DNA of 63,992 nt, counting the filler, from an uncultured Methanosarcinales archaeon (GTDB lineage Archaea > Nanobdellota > Nanobdellia > Woesearchaeales > CAYSVS01): assembly GCA_964434475.1 (NCBI GenBank). It is 5 parts of 5 records of this genome, joined end to end, with 100 filler letters (N's around TTAATTAATTAA, not from the genome) between each part and the next. Parts side by side here need not be neighbours in the genome. Positions count along the whole stretch, not along the records: positions 54,425 to 63,992 come from CAYSVS010000049.1; 4 more parts are not named here. One strand, 5' to 3'. The notes beneath the pieces are model-generated. The model saw nothing but the letters and a program-made list of their open reading frames with translations. It was not told the DNA's origin and made no database searches. Below, in pieces: positions 56,862 to 63,992 of the stretch. How positions within the stretch are numbered: the stretch's first letter is position 1; each line of letters begins with the position of its first letter. The translations under genes and the position numbers were made by a program.

Positions 56862-59303
56862 ATGGAAATTCCAAAAAAATACAATCCTCAATTTGAAGAA
56901 CCAGAAATACAAAAGTTTTGGGAAGATAACAAGATATTTGCGTTTGATATTAAATCAAAGAAAAAGATATACAGCATAGACACTCCTCCGCCTACTGTTT
57001 CTGGAAAGATGCATATGGGTCATGCTTTCGGAAACAGCCAGCAGGATTTTGTTGCAAGATTTAAGCGTATGAGAGGATTTAATGTTCTGCAGCCGTTTGG
57101 CACAGATGACAATGGCTTGCCAACACAAAATCTTATCCAAAAATTAAAAAAAGTAAAAGCAAGCATGATGGATAGGAAAGAGTTTGTCAAGCTATGCAAC
57201 GATACATTGGCAAAAGAACTAAGGCCAAAGTATTTATCTGACTGGAAAAGATTAGGGATAAGCTGTGATTGGGATATCAGCTATTCAACAATAGATGAGC
57301 ATTGCAGAAAGATAAGCCAATGGAGTTTTATTGAATTGTTCAAAAAAGATAGAGCTTATAGAAAAGAAGCTCCTGTAATATGGTGTCCTAAATGTCAGAC
57401 TGCTGTTGCACAGGTTGAATTAGAAGATAAAGAGCTGGACAGCCACTTCAATGACATAGTATTCAAGGTGGATGATAAAGAGCTAATAATAGCTACAACA
57501 AGGCCAGAGCTATTGCCTGCTTGTGTATCTGTATTCTTCCATCCTGATGATGAAAGATATAAGAAGTTTGAAGGCAAGAAAGCTAAAGTGCCATTGTTTG
57601 ATTTTGAAGTTCCTATATTGCCGGATATTAAAGCAGATCCTGATAAAGGAACAGGAATAGTGATGTGTTGTACTTTCGGTGACCAGACAGATATGGAATG
57701 GCAAAAGCAGCATAATCTTGAGATTAAGACAGCAATAAACAAAGACGGAACTATGACAGAATTAGCAGGCAAGTATCAAGGTATGAAGATAAAGGAAGCA
57801 AGAAAAGCGATTATAGAGGATATGAAAGAAGCAGGATTTTTGCTTAAACAGCAGCAGATAAAACATGATGTTAATGTGCATGAAAGATGTGGCACAGAGG
57901 TTGAATTTGTGCATAGTAAGCAATGGTTCATAAGATATTTAGATCTCAAGGAAGACATGCTAAAATGGGGCAATGAACTTGATTGGTTCCCTACACATAT
58001 GAAGAATAGATACGATAATTGGGTTCAAGGATTGCAATGGGATTGGTGCATATCAAGGCAGATTTATTTTGGCATACCTTTTCCTGTTTGGTATTGTGAG
58101 GATTGTGGCAATATAATATTGGCAGACGAAAAACACCTGCCTGTAGATCCTATGGAGGATAAGCCGCCAGTTGATGCTTGTCCAAAATGCGAAAGCAAGA
58201 ATATTGTTGGAGAAAAGGACATAATAAACACTTGGGCAACATCTTCATTAACTCCGACAATAGTAAAAGATCTTTTCAAAGGCACAGATGTTTATGATGA
58301 TTTGATAAATAATCCTATGGACTTAAGACCTCAAGGACACGATATAATATCTTTCTGGTTGTTCAACACAGTCGTAAAAAGTCAGCTGCATTTCAACATA
58401 AAGCCTTGGCAAGATTGTTTCATAAACGGCTGGATGCTTGATCCTAAAGGCAAGAAGATGTCAAAGTCAAAAGGCAATATTATCGAGCCTCAAGTGATGA
58501 TAGATAAGTATTCTGCTGACGCTTTAAGATTTATGGCGGGTGGATGCAAGCTTGGCGAGGATCTGCCTTTCCAAGAAAAAGATTTGGTTACAGGCATGAA
58601 GATGACAAACAAGTTATGGAACGCAAGCAAGTTCAGCTTTATGCATCTTGATGATTTTGATATTAAAGTAAAGTCTAAGCTTGAATTGATGGACAGATGG
58701 ATGATGAGCAGACTTCATAAGCTAATTGAATTTTCAACAAAAAGTTTTGACAGCCACGATTTCTCAAAAGCAAAAGCTGAAACAGAGAAATTCTTTTATC
58801 AACTACTTTGCGACCAATATTTAGAGGTTGTTAAGGACAGACTTTATAATCCAGACAAAAGAGGGAAAAAAGAAAGACAAGCAGCGCAATATGTTTTGTA
58901 TAATGCATTGCTTGCTAACATCAAGATGATAGCCCCTATAATGCCTTTTGTTACAGAGAAGATATATTTGCTTTTCTTTAAGGCATTTGAAGGCGAAGAA
59001 TCTATACACTTATCTTCTTGGCCTGAGTTTGACAAAACTATGATTGATGAAGAAGCAGAGAAAGCTGGAGATATGGTTGTCAATATAATTAGCAGGATAA
59101 GAAAATTTAAATCAGATAACAAGAAATCTCTAAAAGAGGATATCAAGAAGCTAAGGATAAAATGCACCAAGGAACAGCAAAGACTTATTGAGCTTGCAAT
59201 TGAAGATCTAAAAGCAACAACTAGAGCTATTGAAGTTGAGTTTGAAGGAGATGCAAGGATAGAAGTAGAAGGGACTGATATTAATATAGGGGTGGAGATG
59301 TGA
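56862..59303 (+). CDS. valS: Valyl-tRNA synthetase (archaeal type)
   Basis: IDTPPPTVSGKMHMGH, GTGIVMCCTFGD, DWCISRQ, RPQGHDII, KMSKS. Confidence 0.97.
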   Translation: MEIPKKYNPQFEEPEIQKFWEDNKIFAFDIKSKKKIYSIDTPPPTVSGKMHMGHAFGNSQQDFVARFKRMRGFNVLQPFGTDDNGLPTQNLIQKLKKVKASMMDRKEFVKLCNDTLAKELRPKYLSDWKRLGISCDWDISYSTIDEHCRKISQWSFIELFKKDRAYRKEAPVIWCPKCQTAVAQVELEDKELDSHFNDIVFKVDDKELIIATTRPELLPACVSVFFHPDDERYKKFEGKKAKVPLFDFEVPILPDIKADPDKGTGIVMCCTFGDQTDMEWQKQHNLEIKTAINKDGTMTELAGKYQGMKIKEARKAIIEDMKEAGFLLKQQQIKHDVNVHERCGTEVEFVHSKQWFIRYLDLKEDMLKWGNELDWFPTHMKNRYDNWVQGLQWDWCISRQIYFGIPFPVWYCEDCGNIILADEKHLPVDPMEDKPPVDACPKCESKNIVGEKDIINTWATSSLTPTIVKDLFKGTDVYDDLINNPMDLRPQGHDIISFWLFNTVVKSQLHFNIKPWQDCFINGWMLDPKGKKMSKSKGNIIEPQVMIDKYSADALRFMAGGCKLGEDLPFQEKDLVTGMKMTNKLWNASKFSFMHLDDFDIKVKSKLELMDRWMMSRLHKLIEFSTKSFDSHDFSKAKAETEKFFYQLLCDQYLEVVKDRLYNPDKRGKKERQAAQYVLYNALLANIKMIAPIMPFVTEKIYLLFFKAFEGEESIHLSSWPEFDKTMIDEEAEKAGDMVVNIISRIRKFKSDNKKSLKEDIKKLRIKCTKEQQRLIELAIEDLKATTRAIEVEFEGDARIEVEGTDINIGVEM

Positions 59304-59334
59304 TGGTTGAACTAAATACAATAAAAAAATTAGT

Positions 59335-59535
59335 TTAAAATAAAACACCTAATCTAAATAACGCATATCCTATCCATGCAACTAATACTATATAATATAG
59401 AGCCATTGTCCAATGCAAAGGAATACCTTTCCAGAAATGGTGCGCTTTTTTGCTGTGATGGCGTGCTGTGAATGTTAATACAGCATATCCTATGCTGTCT
59501 AATGCAACCAGACACCATAATATTTTTTCTATCAT
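59335..59535 (-). CDS. Small membrane protein
   Basis: Two hydrophobic segments; coupled to the upstream gene. Confidence 0.65.
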   Translation of the reverse strand: MIEKILWCLVALDSIGYAVLTFTARHHSKKAHHFWKGIPLHWTMALYYIVLVAWIGYALFRLGVLF

Positions 59536-59536
59536 C

Positions 59537-59818
59537 TTATTTCATCTCATCCCAACTTATCTCTTTTTTTGTTGTTTTCGTGAAAAACTCATCATTTTTT
59601 ATCTTTTCTTTTGCTCCAAGAGCAGCAATATATTTTCCTTTTATCTTTATTATGCAGACATCAAACTTGTCTGATTCTGTTGGTGTTAATTCAAATAATC
59701 TTTTAGGAAAATCTTTGAATTTATCTATAGCTTTTTTAGCCTCCTCTTTAGAATTATATACATTTGCATGCAGTTTCTGGTCCTTCATTATTGTTAGCAA
59801 ATAAAATTTGTCTGTCAT
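59537..59818 (-). CDS. Hypothetical protein
   Basis: Tightly coupled downstream of cysS. Confidence 0.65.
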   Translation of the reverse strand: MTDKFYLLTIMKDQKLHANVYNSKEEAKKAIDKFKDFPKRLFELTPTESDKFDVCIIKIKGKYIAALGAKEKIKNDEFFTKTTKKEISWDEMK

Positions 59819-59819
59819 C

Positions 59820-61214
59820 TTATGCTTTCTTTAACCTATATCCTTCTTTTTTGTCTTCAATAATATATCCTTTTATTTTTATTTCATCCCTTAGCTTATC
59901 TGACATTTGCCAATCTTTATTTTTTCTTACTTCTAATCTTTTTTTAGCTAATTCAATAACGTCTTCAGGTGCTTCTGTTTTTTTATGTTCCATTACACCT
60001 AAAACAGTGTCAAACTTCATCATTGTTTTTTTTATCTTGGCTGCATCTTTTTTGCTTAGATCATCAATTATTTTATTAGCTGCACTCATAAAATCAAATA
60101 TTGCTGCCAATCCGCCAGATATGTTTATATCATTGTCCATATTTTTCTCAAAATTTTCTTGAGCTTTGTTTATAAGTTTGTCAACATCCTTTCCTTTGCC
60201 ATCACATTCATCCAACTTATCCAAAAAGTCATAGAACTTCTGCAAAGTATTGTTTATATTTTTCAAATTGTCTTCCCTAAAGTCCATCTTTTGTCTATAA
60301 TGGGTAGATAATAATTCATACCTTATGGCTTTAGGATTATGTCCTTTATCTAGCAGATTCCTAAGAGTATAGAAATTGCCTGTTGATTTTGACATCTTTT
60401 CTCCATTAACCATCAAATGTTCATTATGCAGCCAGAAATTACATAATTTCTTATCATAAGCTGCTTCTGACTGTGCAATCTCATTAGTATGGTGAGGAAA
60501 TATTAAGTCTACTCCTCCCATGTGGATGTCAAATGGTTGTCCTAGATATTTTGCACTCATGACCGAACATTCTATGTGCCAGCCTGGTCTTCCTTTGCCA
60601 ATTTCAGTTTTCCAGAATACATTGCCATCTTCTTCATCATAAGTTTTCCATAATGCGAAATCTCTGGCATCCTCTTTTTCGTATTCATCAGCATTGTTTA
60701 ATCTTTTGTTAGCATCTTTCTTTAGATTCTCTTTATCAAGGTTTGCTAATTCACCATATTCTTTGAACTTTGATATCTTGAAATAAATATCTCCTTTTTC
60801 TGTTTTATATGCATATCCTTTATCTAATAATATTTGGATCAGTTCGACCATCTCATCAATCTCTTCTGTCGCTTTCGGCATTGTCTCTGGAATCTCTATG
60901 TTCAATATCTTTAAGTCATCAAGAAATGCTTTAGTGTAGAACTCTGTAAATTTTTTTAATGACTTGCCTTCTTTTTGACTATCCCTGATAGTTTTGTCAT
61001 CAACATCTGTGATGTTCATCACATGCTTTAGCTTAAAGCCTTTGTATTTTAAATAACGTCTGACCAGATCATAAGATGTCATAGCTCTTAGGTTGCCTAT
61101 ATGAACATAATTATAAACAGTAGGTCCGCAGGTATATAAACTGACTTGACCTTTCCTTATTGGTTTAAATTCCTGTTTCTTATGTCCTAATGTGTTGTAA
61201 AATTTTAGAGCCAT
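59820..61214 (-). CDS. cysS: Cysteinyl-tRNA synthetase
   Basis: [38 protein letters not shown]. Confidence 0.98.
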   Translation of the reverse strand: MALKFYNTLGHKKQEFKPIRKGQVSLYTCGPTVYNYVHIGNLRAMTSYDLVRRYLKYKGFKLKHVMNITDVDDKTIRDSQKEGKSLKKFTEFYTKAFLDDLKILNIEIPETMPKATEEIDEMVELIQILLDKGYAYKTEKGDIYFKISKFKEYGELANLDKENLKKDANKRLNNADEYEKEDARDFALWKTYDEEDGNVFWKTEIGKGRPGWHIECSVMSAKYLGQPFDIHMGGVDLIFPHHTNEIAQSEAAYDKKLCNFWLHNEHLMVNGEKMSKSTGNFYTLRNLLDKGHNPKAIRYELLSTHYRQKMDFREDNLKNINNTLQKFYDFLDKLDECDGKGKDVDKLINKAQENFEKNMDNDINISGGLAAIFDFMSAANKIIDDLSKKDAAKIKKTMMKFDTVLGVMEHKKTEAPEDVIELAKKRLEVRKNKDWQMSDKLRDEIKIKGYIIEDKKEGYRLKKA

Positions 61215-61264
61215 AGATAAACTTAACAACAAAGTTTATATAAATTTTATTATTTTATTGTCCT

Positions 61265-61843
61265 ATGTTTGAATTCAGATATGATTTTTTTAGCGATATG
61301 GATAAAGGCGTTAAAAAAACTCTGATTAACCACTTACTTTCTTTAGATGAACATATGTTGCTGGCGGATCCTTGGGATATATTCAAACGGATGAATTGGG
61401 CAAAAGCCAAGTTAGAGTTGATGAAAGATATAATAGATAAGAATGAAATATCTGATGCTATCCTTTATAAGGCATTTAAGCCAAAGCCTATATTACTTAC
61501 TTATCCTATAAGATGTAAGAAAAAAATAGATATCTATGAAAAATATCTTGACAAACTGGAAAAAGTAAAGATGGATTATAAGTTGATGAGTAATTATTTT
61601 AAGGCAATAAAGCACGCGCCCAACAGACAGAAAAAGCTTAAATTAAAAGAAGATATAATTTGCTATATCAAAAATCACAGATTGTTTGGTGAATATTACT
61701 ATCCTCAGGCTTATTTTGGTCAAAAAGAACACTTTTATGAAATTGCAAAGATATTTAGTCATAGTAGCTTAAGTTTAAGCCTTTCTTATAAGCATATCTA
61801 TGAGGCGTATATCAAAAGTAGGACAATAGATATATATGTTTAA
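61265..61843 (+). CDS. Hypothetical protein
   Basis: 192-aa ORF with a TATA box upstream. Confidence 0.65.
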   Translation: MFEFRYDFFSDMDKGVKKTLINHLLSLDEHMLLADPWDIFKRMNWAKAKLELMKDIIDKNEISDAILYKAFKPKPILLTYPIRCKKKIDIYEKYLDKLEKVKMDYKLMSNYFKAIKHAPNRQKKLKLKEDIICYIKNHRLFGEYYYPQAYFGQKEHFYEIAKIFSHSSLSLSLSYKHIYEAYIKSRTIDIYV

Positions 61844-62637
61844 TTTAATTTTCTAACAAGAAATATAGTATGATCCTTTTCAAAAGGAGCAAGGTTTTTT
61901 TCATCTACTATTTTGAAATTATTTTCTAATTCTTTTCTTACTATATTAAATATCTCTTTTGGCTTTTTTGTTACATCAACACTTCTTGCTTTTAATGCAA
62001 GCATAGCTAATCCGTTCTTTTTCAAGAATTTTTTTACATTCTTTGTAAAAATCTCTGTTTGGTTTTTTTGGGCAATATCCATAAAAACAAAATCTACTTG
62101 AGGCAATACTAGATGAGCGTAAGTGTCTGGTTTATTGGCATCTGCCATCATAGGAGTTGTATTTTTCCTGTCAATGCATACATAAACTAGATCCCTAACA
62201 ACTCTTGGTGCAAAATCCAATGCAAAAACGCACCCCTCTTTGCCGACTATATCTGAGACATGTGAAACAGTTGTGCCAGAAGCAGCACCCAAATATAATA
62301 TTGAATCTCCTTGCTTGAATCCTAGCTGTTTAATACCATTCATCACAGCAGCACCTAATTTGGATTTTTTAGGATCCCATTCCCTTAGTTCGTAATCATC
62401 CTTTTGGATTAACTTTTCATCATAAACTTTCTTTCCAGGAGCCAGATTAACAGTAAATATCTTTTTTCTTTTTTTATTCATTACTTTTATTCCAGGATAA
62501 TTTATTTTTTGGAATTGTTTTTTATTGTTTTTTTTATCAAATTCTTTCTTGAATCCTTTTTTATAATCTTTTGTGAATTCCTTCTTACCTTTACCAAATT
62601 CTTTATTCTTTTTTTTGTCAGATCTTTTGTTTTTCAT
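61840..62637 (-). CDS. flpA: Fibrillarin (box C/D methyltransferase) with Lys-rich N-terminal extension
   Basis: REWDPKKSKLGAA, LYLGAASGTTVSHVSD, DIAQ, PFEKDH. Confidence 0.96.
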   Translation of the reverse strand: MKNKRSDKKKNKEFGKGKKEFTKDYKKGFKKEFDKKNNKKQFQKINYPGIKVMNKKRKKIFTVNLAPGKKVYDEKLIQKDDYELREWDPKKSKLGAAVMNGIKQLGFKQGDSILYLGAASGTTVSHVSDIVGKEGCVFALDFAPRVVRDLVYVCIDRKNTTPMMADANKPDTYAHLVLPQVDFVFMDIAQKNQTEIFTKNVKKFLKKNGLAMLALKARSVDVTKKPKEIFNIVRKELENNFKIVDEKNLAPFEKDHTIFLVRKLN

Positions 62638-63620
62638 CCCATCTGATCCTCTACTTGTTTTCTTAGCTTATTTCCTATGAACTCTCCCTTATAAAGATCA
62701 ACCTTGACAGCTATGCATATCTTGTCAGCTAATTTTCTTGCTGCTCTGCCTTTATCACTCATCTTAGCTTTTGATACTATAGGATGATTTATCAGCACAC
62801 CATACTTAGGACATCTTGCTCCTGTCCTTATATGTCTGAATAAAGCGCTTTCAGCTCCCAATAGTTGTATTGTAGAGCCAGGCATCATAGCAAGTCTATG
62901 TAGGTCGCCTGCATGAGCCAACAATTGCGCACCTATGTTTGCGCCTGCTATTGCCAGCAAGTTAGGGCAATATGTTTTCATCTTTGTTTCTAGGTAAGTT
63001 TCTTGTTCCTCTTTTAGCTTATGTAATGCCTTAATTTTTTGAGCAAGATTTATTATGGGCTTAACATCCTCTTCTGGTAGATCAGCACCCATACTGTCTT
63101 TTGCACTTAATTTAATCTCTTTTAATAATTCTTGTTTGTTATTTTCCAATATTAATCTTACAAAAGCTTCATGCTCTTCTACTTGTTTAGATAACTCCGG
63201 TAGATAAAGTTCATACCACTCCCTTAATCTTTTTGATAATGTGTTTGCTCCCTTATTCAGTTCTTCTATGTTTCTTATGGTCTGTATAATAAGTAAATCG
63301 TCTTTTATAGAAGCTTTTATCTTTAGTTTAGTAAGCCTTAAGTTTAATTTATATAACTCATCAAACTTTTTTTTGAAAAATTCCTGCAATGCTTTTAGCT
63401 TCTTAGGATCTTTGCTTGTCCTTATACCCTCTAACTTTGTTTCTTTGTTTCCTATATAGAATAATTTGTCATCCTTGTATTTATTGATAAACATTTTCTC
63501 ACTTTCAAGCCATGATGAATAATCACTAATGTCTTTATTCTGCACAGTTTCAACTACATCAAAGCTTTCATCAAAAACAAATGTTCCAAGTGCATTGCTT
63601 ATCAGATATTTTTCTCCCAT
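62634..63620 (-). CDS. nop5: Nop5 (Nop56/58) box C/D RNP protein
   Basis: RLREWY..YLPEL, CPNL, STIQLLGAESALFRH, PKYG. Confidence 0.95.
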   Translation of the reverse strand: MGEKYLISNALGTFVFDESFDVVETVQNKDISDYSSWLESEKMFINKYKDDKLFYIGNKETKLEGIRTSKDPKKLKALQEFFKKKFDELYKLNLRLTKLKIKASIKDDLLIIQTIRNIEELNKGANTLSKRLREWYELYLPELSKQVEEHEAFVRLILENNKQELLKEIKLSAKDSMGADLPEEDVKPIINLAQKIKALHKLKEEQETYLETKMKTYCPNLLAIAGANIGAQLLAHAGDLHRLAMMPGSTIQLLGAESALFRHIRTGARCPKYGVLINHPIVSKAKMSDKGRAARKLADKICIAVKVDLYKGEFIGNKLRKQVEDQMG

Positions 63621-63702
63621 AATAATCAAAATAGAATATATTTCTTTATAAACGTATCGTAAAAACAAGTATTTATATATCAAATAAAAAGTAATTGTGA
63701 GT

Positions 63703-63840
63703 ATGTAATCTGAAGAAGATTTCAAAAATATATTAAAATATTATAGCTTAGGAAAATTCAGGTAATCGGGAAAGATAATTAAGGATGATCATGAGTCTTT
63801 TGGTCAGGCTATACAACAAAAGGCAACAAAAGGTGTTTAA
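63703..63840 (+). pseudogene. Possible decayed N-terminus of a phosphotransferase (homoserine kinase/APH-like)
   Basis: M*SEEDFKNILKYYSLGKFR*...KATKG with two in-frame stops, after a TATA box. Confidence 0.3.
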
Positions 63841-63992
63841 ATATGGTTTCCTCCTTTTGTTGATTTAGAAGGACAGAAGATAAAGTATGGTGTGATTTTT
63901 TATGCTTTCTATAAAGCGTGTAAAAAACTTAAATTACAATACTGGAGTTGTGCAGATTTAAACTCTAGCCTTGGCTAAACCTCTAAATATTG

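Overview
This is a low-GC archaeal scaffold segment. Gene content points to a DPANN archaeon, most likely Woesearchaeota-like (inference). Archaeal markers include DnaG, RIO1, Pno1/Dim2, aIF2-alpha, S27e, Nop10, fibrillarin/Nop5, presenilin and BHB-intron tRNAs; bacterial-type genes include class II LysRS, MutS/MutL, TtcA, Dus and STAS. There is one plain 100-N gap (3840-3939) and four artificial N44-TTAATTAATTAA-N44 contig linkers (13624-13723, 27302-27401, 40826-40925, 54325-54424), so synteny across the linkers is not reliable. Several contig ends coincide with probable IS terminal repeats. Most genes are housekeeping (TrpRS, LysRS, ValRS, CysRS, SMC, MutSL, Pth2). The most interesting features read from the sequence are: (1) an mTERF-like 32-aa tandem-repeat protein whose variation is confined to a few positions; (2) a candidate H/ACA guide RNA whose pocket matches 23S rRNA helix 69; (3) a ~320-nt structured leader upstream of dnaG, preceded by a separate small RNA; (4) tRNA-Arg(GCG) with a D-loop intron and a duplicated 5' exon; (5) tRNA-Gly(TCC) with two introns; (6) an ArsR-controlled redox island containing an orphan lipoyl carrier (GcvH) and a frameshifted AhpD/CMD gene; (7) a circularly permuted NlpC/P60-like secreted protein; (8) a RimB plus RimK-AbrB module. 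All family calls come from motif recognition by eye; no database searches were run.
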